DNA of 64,000 bases from Podarcis cretensis (taxonomy: Eukaryota). The notes below the pieces were generated by a model. It was not told where the DNA came from and ran no database searches. It saw only the letters and a program-made list of their open reading frames with translations. The position numbers were made by a program, and so were the translations under genes. The stretch lies in assembly GCA_951804945.1 (NCBI GenBank), contig OX638149.1, positions 118,420,001 through 118,484,000 on the forward strand. Reading direction: 5' to 3'. Below are positions 11,864 through 24,575 of the stretch, one piece after another (the first letter of the stretch is position 1; every line of letters begins with the position of its first letter).

Positions 11864-14800
11864 TGAGATGAAATCTTGTTCGACAACCGGGTTGACGCCA
11901 CATGTTTATGCTTTTTCTACGATGAATGTGAAAGAAAGATATTTGCAAGGGACACTTGGTTGTTGTTTCTAATAAAATATTTCTTTTTCGTTGGCTAAAG
12001 ACGATTAAAGTCATGCAAAAAAAAAAAATTCAAAGGAGCGTCCAATTGTTACAAAGAATGAGAAATATCCTTCATATTTACAAGTGAGAAGGGGTATATG
12101 CCAAGTCCTATATCTTGAATGACGGGGAAATGTTTACAATGACTACACAATGCTGCCTTTTGTTATCAAGAGCACAGGACTTTAATCATAGGGATTTTGC
12201 TTAACCAAAGAAACGACTTCTTTATGCCTAATGAAGTTAGATTAAGTGAAAACACGAACGAGGAAGCACGTTACTGTTCCAGTGCAGTTTGCATAAAACC
12301 AAACCTCCCGTTTCTGCTTCGTCTGTTTCTGTTCTATGCTTCGATTTCAAGCTCAGAAACCTTCCTGCCTTGAACTTGCTTATGTCATTTTATTTCTCCC
12401 TTTCCCCATCGGAGAGCTGGTCAGTTTCGGCTTGCGCACTTACACTTGGAATCATAACAACATCCACGTTTCTGTTTTATTGTGACACTCAACATATCCA
12501 AAAAAGAAACGGACTCAAGCAAATGTTACTCGGCTTATTGGAAGCGGAGGGCTAGTGGTTTGGGGATGGCAGCGTTTCCATGTTTCCAAGCAGATCCAGC
12601 TACATAGCTGGGCTGCAATGGCATTTTGAAATAAATAAACGTGGACTTGGGTTCAAACCTCGGCAAGTTTAGATTCGGTCCCGTTCCAGCCAAGGTGGAC
12701 CTTCCCCAACGCTAAAGTCTCGCCCGTTTCAAGTTCTATGTATTGCCCTAACCTTTACGGGTGTTGTTGCTCTTGCACTTTTTGCACACCAAGATCTTCG
12801 TCTTTTTTGTTTTTTGTTTTCAAAGGAACCCCTGACTTTCTAATATATGGCTACTTCCAGGTCCACTGGCATACCCAGCCGAATTGGTCTTAATCTCCTC
12901 ACTTTTCAGACTTCAGCGGCGTCCAAACTGCTGTCTCGCCCAGCCGGGGTGACATATCGAAATTTATAGTACGGATTTTAAGACCTGGTTTTGTCTGCAT
13001 CGGTGTTCTGTCCTAACAAACGCAAACATCAAAATAAGATGGTCTCAAAGAGAGAAAAGCGCCATCGCATATCGTAAACTCATTAGGTCCAGACGTCTAG
13101 CCTTCTCAATGGTTTTATTACGCCTCGGTTCTTCCTGTTTTAAAAAGAATTATAGGTATAGGGTTGACAATGAATGGGGAAGCAAGGCAACACCTTTTCC
13201 TAGGCCTTAATCGCTGTGGGTCTTTCTGAGGGGAAGGGGGAAGTGATAGCATCTACAGACCCCCAGGTCTCGGTGCCTGTTTCCCTTCACCTTAAATCTT
13301 CTTTCAAATGGCTTGAGAGGCCATGTTTTCCTCGAGACGCTTAATTAAAATGGTGTCGCACACCAGAACAACGCTCCTCTCCTTCTCTAAAATATCCCAG
13401 AAGCCTGCCGCCCACACCTCAATTGCATTGTGTGTGTGTTGGTGTATTTAAATACAATGTACATACATGATTCAGCTAAAGTTTAACACTTGGACATTCC
13501 ATTTATTTCCATCGACGAGTTATGCATGTGCTGAAATCTCTACATCAGGGTGGCTTCAAAGTCCTTATCAGAAATTCACATATGCACACACACACACATA
13601 CAACGCGCATATATCTGGTGATATGTGCCGATAACCGTATGATCGAAAAGGACGTACATACTAAAGCAGCTCTTGACAAATACCGACAGAGCTGATCATC
13701 ATGTCTATCAAGTGTCTTTAAAGGTCCAAGAATTTGAATGAGCGACATGGCGTCATAATTATGAACTAACTTCAGTCTTATTTCCTTACAGATCCCCACC
13801 CCCACCCCTGAAATTGCTACATGAACTTTTCGGGGGTTTTGGGGGGGGGTTGGTTATGTTCCGGATTTATTTTTTTAAGAAAGGCTACGAAGCTTGCGCC
13901 ACGCACCGCCATCAAGTAGGTGCGTCCACCACTCACAATTGCAACCAGGAAATATTCTCAGAAAAGAAGGTCGTAGAGGCTATGAACCCGGGGCAAACGC
14001 TCTCGACCTGTCTTAGGATGTATCTCCGCATATTTAGATCGTGGCTTAAAGACCAGCTCTTTTGCTCGGTTGCTGGCAGAGGTGGGGGGCGGGGAGAGAG
14101 ATTTGGGAGCAAGTCAGGTTCAAATAGAAAATATATCTAGGAGGAGTGGGGAAGGGAAGGAAGCAGGGCGGGCGGGGGTCATGCAGGCCTGCTCTGTACT
14201 ATCTGTTACACAGTTGACCTGCTGAAACCCTTCCTTCATGTCCACGATTTGTATAATAATATTCAGGAGTGGAGAATGATGAACCTGTGTCGATGGAGAC
14301 CGCCTGCCTCTCTAGGAACAGAGGAAGCCTCCCTTCGTCTGCAAATGGCTTCCTGCGGGTTATATGCGAGGCATCTTTATTACAGAGAGTGCAGAAAGAC
14401 TGGGGTTTTCTTTTTTTCTTCTCTCTCTCTCTCTCTCTCTCTCTTTGGAGGGGGCGGCAGTTTCGTTTATAGTCAAGCGCTGTCTGTTTATTTCCACTTT
14501 GCAGAGAGAAGTCAAAGGCAAACCGCGGGCGCGTTTGCACGCACATTACATCTTATTCCCCAGCACACGCAAACCCCCATCTTCCCAGTCAATTTATTAT
14601 TATTATTACTGTTGTTTCACCAGCTCAGCCTTTATTATAATAACCTATGACAATTACATTATTATTATTATTATTTTAAAAATTAAGTCCTTAGGTAGAG
14701 TTCCAGGCCTCGGGCAATGGGGACGGGTGCTCAGAACTGTTAAGCCGCGGGGTCTGTGGAAGTTAATACTGTTTCAAGTACCGCTTTTAATACAGTGCAC

Positions 14801-15505
14801 TGGAGAGGATGAAACGGGCAGCCAGGGGGGAGATAATAAAAAATATTTTATATAGATTTTTTAAAAAAAACATTTCACAGCCTTGATCTGGCAAGACTCT
14901 TGCTAAGCATAACCTGCAGAAGGAAAGCGATGCACAGGGTCTGGAGTCCCCCCTCCCCCCTCCCCGCTTTTCCTTTTTGGAAAGTCCAAGGTAAACGCAC
15001 TATTGCCATCAAGGTAATCCTCGCTGTCATTCAATATTATCGTCTTCATCGTCGCCTTTGCCCCTTGGAAACGCGACTGTCCCCCCTTCTTACAACCCCG
15101 CCACCCTCTCTCTCTCTCTTTCTCTAGTCTAGGGTCACTTGGAAGTAGCATGTCAAACATTTAGTATTTAGTATTTAGATAAATCCCGCCCCCCCCAAAA
15201 AAAAACCCTAACGTGCACTCACAATATCTTAAAACCAAACTGGAGGCGCGGGGAAAGAAGCAACTTTTACCAAATACATTCTCCACACCCAGCCCTTTCC
15301 TTTCCAAAATACCTGACATCGACCACATTACTGCTATCTAAAGAATAAACCCACCAGTTCAATAGGAAGTTTCGAGCCAGTGGACCTGGCAACATAATAA
15401 TATTAATAATGACAATGACAATAATTAATATCGATACTTTTGTGTGTATCTTCATAGAAAGCCCAGCACATTTCCACAAACGCACGCGCACACACCCTCA
15501 AGGCG

Positions 15506-15747
15506 CTAGTCCCCTTTATTCCCTTTTTCCTTGTTCATCTTTTTCATTTTCATTCTTCGGTTCTGAAACCATATTTTAACCTGTCTCTCGGTCAGGTTTA
15601 AAATCCTAGCCACTTCGTAACGGCGGTCGCGGGTGAGGTACATATTAAAGAGGAATTCCTTTTCCAGTTCCAGAGTTTGGAATTTTGTGTAAGGGCAACG
15701 CTTTTTCCTGGTGGAACGAGCGTGAATCCAGTTCGCGGCGGGATTAT
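15506..15747 (-). CDS. HOXD9: Hoxd9 exon 2 (homeodomain); absent from the supplied ORF track
   Basis: Hand translation after acceptor CAG (15750-15748): (N)[82 protein letters not shown] at 15508-15506. Confidence 0.95.
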
Positions 15748-15904
15748 CTGGAGAAGGGAGAGCAAGAAGGGGTGGGGGGGAGAGAGAAGGTCAGGGTTCG
15801 GAGGGAGAAGAAGGGCAGGCATTGAAGTAGGGGAGAGGGTTGGGGAGGGGAGAAAGGTCGTTAAATTAATTTAACGGAGGATGCCTGCTCTTTTCACAAT
15901 TGAG

Positions 15905-16110
15905 GAGGAATTATCATAAAACCTTGAATGGCCCGGTCTGTTTACTGTACAAATGATGTCTTCTTGATGGCCGTAGGTGGTTATGGGGAGCCTTTTTTAT
16001 GGCTGCTTGTTGCCGCTTGCGCTCGAGTAGGCGTCTAGACGTTTTTATAGGTTAGTAAAACTATCGGTTTTGCACATTGGAGCCTTACAGGTTGGGGCAA
16101 TAAATCAAAG
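15905..16110. promoter_or_regulatory. Cdx/posterior-Hox motif cluster in the Hoxd9 intron
   Basis: CATAAAA, TTTACTG, TTTTATGG, TTTTATAG, GTAAAA and CAATAAA within about 200 bp. Confidence 0.4.
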
Positions 16111-16174
16111 CGGGTGCAATTTCTTTTCTTTCTCTCTCTGGCTCGGATTTTTTTTTATTTTTTTTTAAACTTAC

Positions 16175-17156
16175 TTGGGTCAAGTTGCTGCTGAGACTTC
16201 TCCTCCTTCAGATCGCTGCTGGGGCTAGCATTGCGGCTGCAACCAGACGCTGGCTTGGCCGGGGTGGCGGTACTGCCGTTGCTGCTGCTGCTGGTGGTGA
16301 TATTGCTGGTGGCTGCAGCTACGGCGGCCGCAACCGGGTGAGAAGAACCGTTGCTCACTGTTGCTGCCGCCGCCGCCGCCGCCTTCTCGCGGGGCTCTGC
16401 CAGGAAGGAATTGCACGTGTACTCGGGCCCATTGACCCCCGAGGGCTCCCTAGACGGCGCGCACTCAGTTCTTTTGGAAGGAGAATCGGCGCTGCAAGAC
16501 GAGGAGGAAGAGGAAGAGGAGACGGTGGCAGAGGAGGAGGAAGGAGAGGGCCCCACCGGACCGGTGGTGGTGGCGGCGGCGGCGGCTGCCCTGCTCTCCG
16601 GCTTGACGATCCCGTAGTGGCGCGCGCTGGAGGAGCCACCGCCGGCGCCGTTGGAGGCGATGCTGGTCGTCGCCGCTGCAGCAGCAGCAGCAGCAGCAGC
16701 AGCCGCGGCACTAGCGGCGGAGACGTTGCTGTTGCCTCCGCCGCCGTTGCCGGGGCTGCTGGGGAAAGAGGCGAAGGGCTCAATCCAGGTGCGCACGTAT
16801 CTGCCTCCGCCGCCTCCGCCGCCCTCGCCCGGTCCGCCTAAGTGCGGCTGGGGCATGTAAGGGTGGTAAATGCCGGGCATGGGCGCCGGAGGCTGAGGGT
16901 GCACGGCGGGCCACGAGGCTGGGAAGACGGCCGACTTGGGCGCGAAGCTGCAGGAGGAGAAATCCGAGCCCTCGGCCACCACACCTGAGGATGGCCTGGG
17001 GGTCGCATGGTGACCTCCCTGCAGGAACCGGGCAGCCCCGCCGACGCCGCCGACGCCTCCTCCTGCTCCTCCGACGCCGCCACCGTACACCTCCTCGCTG
17101 TCGTGGCCTATGAGGGAATCGACATAGTAGTTACTGAGGGTGCCGCCGGTCGACAT
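16175..17156 (-). CDS. HOXD9: Hoxd9 exon 1
   Basis: [52 protein letters not shown]. Donor A|GTAAG at 16175/16174. An in-frame upstream ATG at 17186 could add 10 aa. Spliced CDS 1224 nt (407 aa). Confidence 0.94.
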
Positions 17157-17282
17157 TTTTGGGAGGCTCCCTCCGTAGCAGGGCATATGATGGGGGGAAG
17201 GCAAAAAAGGTTACTCTGTTAACTGTAGATGATCGCCCGGCCCGGAGAACAATCGTAGTATTTTGCAGGCGGCCAGGCTCAG

Positions 17283-17320
17283 CCATTGGTCCCTCCGCCC
17301 ACGTGATCATATTTACCAAT
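17283..17320 (-). promoter_or_regulatory. Hoxd9 proximal promoter (CCAAT, GC box, CACGTG E-box)
   Basis: CCATTGG 17283-17289, CCGCCC, CACGTG 17300-17305 and a second CCAAT at 17316-17320, about 130-160 bp upstream of the ATG. Confidence 0.6.
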
Positions 17321-18025
17321 ACTCCAAGTAAATCAATCCGCTAAACTGAAGGGGTTGCTGTGATTCAAGCGGAGGTGGTGGTGGGGAAAGAAGGGAGAAG
17401 GAAAAAGGAAAAACCCAAGAAGGCAACAAGCTAAGACAACAACCTCCTCCCGCCTTAAAACAAAACTAAAAAAACAAACAAAAACCCCTCATTCCCATCC
17501 TCTAAGGAAAACACTAGTCTCCAAAACGTGTAATTGTATACAGGCAGAGAGAGAGAGAAAATCCTTCCACTCTCTTGCCTTAGCCTTAGCAGGACTCCAA
17601 GCGGGCGTGGCGCGCTACTAGCAGAAGCAAGTTCGGGGACTATTTGTTCGCCTCCTTTGAGAGGTTCCTGCCATTCATTCCGCTGCCATCAGCCTCAAGC
17701 ACGGAAGTTCTGCGAAGGCTTGGCTTGTCCTTGTCTTTGGAAGCTGCCGAGGAAAACCCCCATTGAAATCATAAGAAGAGAGAGAGAGAGGGAGATGGGG
17801 AGGGGTTGGGAGCCCAGTGAGATCCCCGCCTGTGAAAACAAACCCTGCCAAAAACTGAGAGTGTGTAACGACTCCTCATAAAACAGGGAAATGTTACAGT
17901 AAAAAAAAAAAAAAAGCGCAACAATGCAGGAGAGGGCCACTTTTCCAGAGCAGCTCTTGGTGTCGTTTCCTTTAAAAGGAAAAAAAAAGGAAAAACAGCA
18001 ACACAGGGGCAGAATTGAATGATTG

Positions 18026-18069
<44 letters not shown>

Positions 18070-18099
18070 GGAAGGAAAGAGCTGCCCATTGTGTTGTTT

Positions 18100-18215
18100 T
18101 AAAACAGGTGGAAGACCTCTCCGCAATGATTTTATGCCTTTCAATAAAAATTTTATGAGGTGCATTTGATTATAGATTAATGTGTCCCTCTAATAAAATG
18201 GACTGATGGCACACG
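18100..18215. promoter_or_regulatory. Cdx/Hox motif cluster upstream of Hoxd9
   Basis: TTTTATG twice, CAATAAAA, TAATAAAA and ATTAAT within about 110 bp. Confidence 0.35.
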
Positions 18216-19755
18216 AGGAAAAAAAAATCCTAATCTCTCTCTCTTTCTTTCTCTCCCTCAACACCAGTCTTTACTACAGTTTTCAAACTTTGGATTCAAA
18301 CGGGGGCGTTGTCATTACTTCCAAGGTACTCCAGAGTTTGGGAGGCTGAAATGCACGAAATAATGAATGAATGAGCCCCGAAACGCCGCAGCCCCTTGGA
18401 CAAGATCTCATTGTAAATGGAGCCCGCTTTGCAAACATTCTGTGAGAAAGACAAACTCGAGGCACGAGTGGCTAGAACTTATTCCCCCACCTCAACACCT
18501 TCCATTCCTTAATTTTATTTCCTGGATATTTCCTAGTAAGCACAAACTCCTCCTCCGCCAACCCCCACCCCACTCCCGCACCATAGAAGTCAAGGAGATT
18601 CAATCTGGTTCAACCACCTTTATTATTTACTATCAGAGACTGAGTTATCCACTGTGGGTTTTGAACCTGAAGCAAACGCTACGCCGAGGATTTCAAGCCA
18701 ACTGAGCCATTTATTATCATTCCTCCTTTCCCCCCTCCTACTCCTTCTTCTTCTGTTTGATTCTGAGAAAGCCTAATATGATTGACTGAGGAGTGAACGT
18801 GCAGGGCTACTTCAAATCCAAACCTTTGCTTGGAACAAAACAAAGGAAGGCGAGAAACGCAGCGAGGGAAGGAGACAGGACTGCGTTACATATCTGGACG
18901 CTGGAACCAGATTTGTAGGAACCCATCTCTCTCACTGTTTGGTCTCTTTGGGTTTTATTTATTGTAACTTACTGTTTTCTTTATGTGCGATGGAACTCAC
19001 GCCCCCTTCCTTACCTCTCTCTTTCTCTGTGTGTCTACATACACTCAATGTTCATGCTCACATACCAGTTCAAAACAACCTAAGTATGTGGAAGCCCTCG
19101 ATTTCAGCTGAATATACTTTCAGAGGAAAACGAGTTTGAATCATAGCCGTAAGTGCCATTTTCTCACGGAAACATCACGGAGTGTTTATTAAGAGCGAGT
19201 AAAAAGGAAAGGAAAAAACACCACCAAATATCTGTAGTTGTCACAGTGAGGGAGAGACGCTTTTATACTGAAGTTATGGATATTACAAAACAAAAACACA
19301 AACCCACAGCTCTGCATAACATCTCACAAATACCCAACGACCTGGTGTTAGCAAGGACAGAGAGAGTATACCTATCATCTGTGTACATGACTATATACAA
19401 ATACATGCACAGGTTTTGTGCGCGCGCGTGCATACATGACATCTTTTGTACGCCCTTTGAATTTAGATACACACAGTTTACTATTGGTAAATCAGTACCC
19501 CCCCAAAAAAAGCATCCATCTATATAAGAACAACTTTATCAGACAATTAACCAAAACACTGGGGTCGGGTTGGAGAGATGTGATGTCACTCGTTCTTTCA
19601 TGAACTGTCTGGGTGTCATTAGGTTAGCAAATATTTCCAACATGTTAGAGGCAATTTCCTGATTTGGAAGTCAAGGAGGGGCATTTGTTGTGAGTTACCG
19701 GCCCATTTCTCCAGAAGCTGAGCCGGCAGTTTCTCAAGCTCTCTCTCCCCCCCCC

Positions 19756-19757
19756 CT

Positions 19758-19801
<44 letters not shown>

Positions 19802-19829
19802 TCCTTCTTTCTTTCCTTCTTTCTTTCTT
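19756..19829. repeat. (TTTC)n/(TTCC)n microsatellite
   Basis: Read directly from the sequence. Confidence 0.9.
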
Positions 19830-20226
19830 GAAGGTGAAAGCATTCCCAAGTATTTGGACTTCAGCCTGGAGTCATGTTCATTTGCAAACTCCTTTTAAGG
19901 GACTTTCTGCTTCGGATCTTCCCACCCCACCTCACCCGACCCCCACCCCGCCTTCCTAACCCCTTCCCCAAGATAAAGTGGCTGTGAGCAAGATTTCGCA
20001 GCGATGTCCGGGGAGGGCGTTGCGAGAGTCGTGAACTTCATTATCCTGATGTGGGCTACAACGAAGGAACCACAGAAAACAAACACACGCACAAAGCAAA
20101 ATAACTTGGGATTGTCAGGAAACCAAAACGTGTGAGCGTTTGGAGACGAAGCGGGGAAAGGCCCTGTAGACAGAGACTCGGCAATATGGCTTCCTTTATT
20201 TTTTTACAACACTGCAAGTAGGAATC

Positions 20227-20286
<60 letters not shown>
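20227..20286. repeat. (TAA)20 microsatellite
   Basis: Read directly from the sequence. Confidence 0.95.
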
Positions 20287-20868
20287 GTGTCTAGGGTGCA
20301 TGAAAAGCAAGGGAGGTGAAATGGAATAAAACAACTGAATTTAGTTCGCACGCTGTATTTGTAACGATATATACAAATTGCAGTAAGGATTTGCAATAAG
20401 AGCACATTTAGGCTGGCAATCGGGGCTCTGGGCGAAGGCTCCTTACGGCTTCCGTTTTCCTTCCTAAAAGTCAACTTACCGTTTATGATTGGGTGGGATA
20501 AAGGTGTCCACTTTCGGTCATAACATTTCACTAGCGTTTTGGCGCTCCCTTGTCAAGACTGTCTGTTCCCGACGCTCTAGGCCATTTCCTCGCGACCCTA
20601 GCAATTGCTAAAGGTATTATTAGGACTGACTGACACAGACAAATCTACCCCCCTTAAAAAAAAAAAAAAATCTACGAGCTCCCACACTAGTAGGAGGATT
20701 TGGGTTGGGGGTGTGGGGTGATGGCGGGGTGCGCGGGAGGGAGAGTCTGTGAGCGCAATGGAATGGCAAGGAGAAGCTGCGAAATGGGCGAAATGGTAGC
20801 GTTTTCTGGTTCGGTTTGGATTTGGATTTGTAAAGACCAACCAAAGGAGCCTCGTGAACTTTACAGAG

Positions 20869-20874
20869 TTTATT
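20869..20874 (-). terminator. Probable Hoxd10 polyadenylation signal AATAAA
   Basis: AATAAA on the minus strand about 870 nt after the stop, followed by GT/T-rich sequence (TTTGGTTGGTCTTT). Confidence 0.5.
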
Positions 20875-21380
20875 GCATTATACATGCGAATAGGACATGC
20901 ACAAAGAAGAAGGCGTAGGAAAAAGAAGAAGAAGACATATTGCTTGTTATACCACTACGATTCCACGTATGCACCACAAGGGGAAGAGAGAGAAAAAAAT
21001 GTCTACAGTTGAGGAAGAATGAAGGATTCCATTGCACGCACGAAGGACAAGTTTGACGCACAAGGGAGAAAGGGGAGTGTTACATCTTAAAATGTGCTTT
21101 TTAAAATTCCTTTTCCTCTCACTCTCGCTCTCGCACTCTCACTCGCTTTGCCTCCCTCCCCCCCACAACTCCCAAGGAAGAAAAAATGCTTCTTTTTCTT
21201 TCTTTTAAATAATTATTAAAAGTATTGTCATCTACTCAAAATGGCATGGCCCGTGTAACAGCCGCCCCCCCCATAAATACCACGTGGTGAGTTTAAAAAA
21301 AAACATGGAAAAAGTCACATTATCTGGATGTCCAACAGCTCCAATAAGTTAAGACCAAATGATCATATTGAATCAGTGTT

Positions 21381-21387
21381 TACCCTG
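21381..21387 (-). promoter_or_regulatory. miR-10 seed site (7mer-A1, CAGGGTA) in the Hoxd10 3'UTR
   Basis: The plus strand reads TACCCTG, matching miR-10 nt 1-7. HOXD10 is an established miR-10b target in mammals. Confidence 0.55.
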
Positions 21388-21428
21388 CATTACAATGAGA
21401 AAAATAATAATAAATTACACGTGCTAGG

Positions 21429-21471
<43 letters not shown>

Positions 21472-21743
21472 TACATATATATATATACATATATATACTC
21501 GTCGTAGGAACATACATAAGCACTTGCAGCACTAAAAAGAATGACAAAAGGTCACATTCTATCAGAAATTAAAAAAATGGAAAATGAAGGGGGTCTACTT
21601 TTGTCCCCCCCTCTTTCTGTCTCTGTTCCCCCCAAAGTCTTTCCTACATATATATATTTATTATATATATATATATTTATATATACCAACTGGTGGTAAC
21701 TGAGCCCAGGTCTCAATCCTTTCAAGACCCCAGTTGAACCGGT

Positions 21744-22021
21744 TTATGAGAAGGTCAGATTGGCGGTCAGTTCTCGGATCCGGTTCTCTCTGCTCATCTT
21801 CTTGAGCTTCATTCTGCGGTTTTGAAACCATATTTTGACCTGCCTGTCAGTGAGGTTTACGCTCTTACTGATCTCTAGGCGGCGCTCTCGAGTGAGATAC
21901 ATATTGAACAAGAACTCTTTCTCTAATTCCAGTGTTTGATGTTTAGTATAGGGACACCTCTTCTTTCTGCCACTCTTTGCAGTTAACCAATTGCTGGTTG
22001 GAGTATCAGACTTGATTTCCT
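21744..22021 (-). CDS. HOXD10: Hoxd10 exon 2 (homeodomain)
   Basis: [92 protein letters not shown]. Acceptor TAG at 22024-22022. Confidence 0.97.
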
Positions 22022-23608
22022 CTAGCAACATCAAAGGAGAAGGAAAGAAGGAAGGAAGGGAAAATAAGAAAGAAAAAGAAAAAAGAAACACCTCAGTCTG
22101 TTATAGAGTACCCTTGGCCATGAACCTACTATATCCATTGTGTCTGGCAGATATGGTGGCTTGTGGGTATTAAACATTGCTAACGGAGGTGTGCACATTG
22201 GGGCAGGGCGGTTTTTTTTAAAATATAATGATAATGATACAAAAAATGGTCTCCACATTCGAGTTAAACAATGTCAGCAGCAACACTATTTTCCACTCTC
22301 TGGGTTATTTCTGCAGCTTTCCCAAACATTATCTCTATGCATTCTCCCTGCTAATCCACATATTTCAAAATAGCCTGTGACATTGGGAGCAATATGAATA
22401 CTGTCATCTTCCCACTGGTTCGCATTTTAGTGGATGTGAACTGAACAAACCAACCCCCGCCTTATAAAGCCACTTGTTTGGGAAATGCCTCAGTTAAAAA
22501 TAGTACTATCCCCAATCATGTTGAAAGAGATTCATCTGCATCACTCATGAAATTAAGCAAACACCCAAGGCGGGGGGCGGGGGAGGGAGGGAAGTGGCCT
22601 TTTTAGTCCTCAACTAACACCAATATGGAGGGGGGCGAATACCTAAAAATCAACTGTATTATCGTTTTCACTTTTAATTCCCCATCTCCTATTAGATGCA
22701 AATGCCAGACCTGGGCTTAATAAACATGGTCTGTATTGTTCTGCACTTACTAGGAGTAACCAATGCACAGTAGAGATTGACAAGTTAATTTTTACTAAAG
22801 GCATGGTTGCTGAGGGGCCCCCGCCCCGCTCTTCCACCATATTCTCCTCTCTCCAAACGAAGCCCCTGCGGTCCTCCCCCATCTTGAAATAAACAATGCA
22901 GTTCCTTCCATTATTTCATAACAACCTTCAAAGCCTAGTGAAATTAGGAGACCCAAACTTGTCTTATCTGTAGCACCTTATCCCAAATTTAGACTTCCTT
23001 CGAAGAAAGGGCCTTGCCTTATTCTCCTCATACTTTATATGGGCTGCGGCACCTCCCTGTTTTATTTTATCTCGTCAAAAGAAAAACAACAACCCCACAA
23101 CTTTTTATTACCATGCTTAGCAATCGACTGTGCTCTTCACAGAGAAGATCCACAGGAAATATTTGATCCCAATTTGACCAAGGAGGGGTGGGGGAGAGTA
23201 ACAGTGGGTGTAATTTAAGAACCTCTAATCTGAAGGAGCTGCTGAAGCAGTTATAATGCAGCAGCCTTGGCAAGAGAGAAACGAAAACACCCTTTTCCTG
23301 GCTGAATCTCTGGGATTCAAAAGGCATGAAACGATGGGTATCACCAACATCGCGGCCAGGTCCTAAGGCATCCATGCCCTTCTATTTCCTTTTTGTTTTT
23401 CCAATTGCAAAAACAACACATACCCAGCACCTGCAGCAGCAGAAAGAGGTGACGGGGGGGGGGGACGACCCTGTCTGCTGAGCAGTTATGGCTGAGCTTA
23501 AAACATTAAATGCTCCTGTGGTTTACGAGACTGGCGTGCCCAAGTTAGTCTGCCACCACGTTCGGGTATCTGCCCCCCACAGCCGCCAACTTCTGCGATC
23601 ATACCGAC

Positions 23609-24410
23609 CTTTGCTTTCCTTCTCTTGGGTTTCTGGGCTGGAAACGGAGGCTTCAGCCAGGCAGCTCCTGTCGTCTTGCAGCGTGGACTTAGACTCGGGA
23701 CTTTCCACTTGAGAGACTTTGGCAGAGTTGTCTGAATGGTGGCTGCTGGTGCTGCTGCTGGTGTTGGTGGCGGCGGCGGTGGCGGCGCTGCCGCTGTTGG
23801 GGTTTTCATTCATTTTCTTCTCCATCGGAAGTTGCGAAGCTATCTGCGGTTTGGAAGCGCCGCGAGGGTTTAACTGCAACATGACAGTTGAACTCGTTTC
23901 GGGGCTGTTATGGTACTCTTGGGTTTTCCCAGTGGCGTAGGTCTGGCTGAGCCTGAAATATCCTGGGACGGGGACCTCGGGGTTTTCAATGGAGCACGAG
24001 TCAGAGACCAGCCTCTGGTATGAAGGGACGTCGGACGAAGACACCAGCTTGGAGCGCTTATCAGAATACATGCAGCAATTGGTTTCTTCCTTAATATTTG
24101 TCGTGAAGGAGCAGGTGGGGACCTGCTGAGTAACAGGTTGCTCTATTCGGCAGGACCTGTTCGGATCAGTCCAGTTGTCTACTTGAGGTATATAAGGGTG
24201 TACATTCATACCCATATTTTGATGGTTGACCTCTCTCTTGGCCAGAGACGGTAGAAGTCCACAGGTTTGCATCCCATAAGTCCCAATGTCTGTGCTAGGT
24301 GGCATGTACATACTGGCGCTGTTGGAATAGAAACTATCGCTCCTGCAGGCACTGATCAAGGAATCGACTAGGAAAGTGTTGGCGGCAGGAGAGCTGTTGG
24401 GAAAGGACAT
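23609..24410 (-). CDS. HOXD10: Hoxd10 exon 1
   Basis: [29 protein letters not shown]...[17 protein letters not shown]...QEKESK. ATG at 24410, donor G|GTCGGT at 23609/23608. Spliced CDS 1080 nt (359 aa). Confidence 0.96.
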
Positions 24411-24519
24411 TTTGGGGAGGAATTTGAAGAAGAGAGATTGTGTCCTTTGTAGGCTGACATCTCTACGAAAACATTCCCTGTGTAATTGTGGATGCCTCTG
24501 CACAACCACATGACAGCTA

Positions 24520-24575
24520 AGCCAATGAGATTTGAAAATGGCCTTGAGCCGCTACCTCCCCGCCGGTCACGTGCT
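24520..24575 (-). promoter_or_regulatory. Hoxd10 proximal promoter (CCAAT, YY1-like AAAATGGC, CACGTG)
   Basis: GCCAAT at 24521, AAAATGGCC at about 24535 and GTCACGTG at about 24566-24573. Confidence 0.5.

Noticed and set aside
17400-21700. miR-196 gene between Hox9 and Hox10
   Set aside because: No CCAACAACATGAAACTACCTA-like sequence seen; HoxD normally lacks miR-196.
24411-24509. Longer N-termini suggested by the ORF track for Hoxd10 (also Hoxd9, Hoxd11, Hoxd13)
   Set aside because: They start at GTG/TTG, some within promoter sequence; recognisable homology begins at the ATGs annotated.
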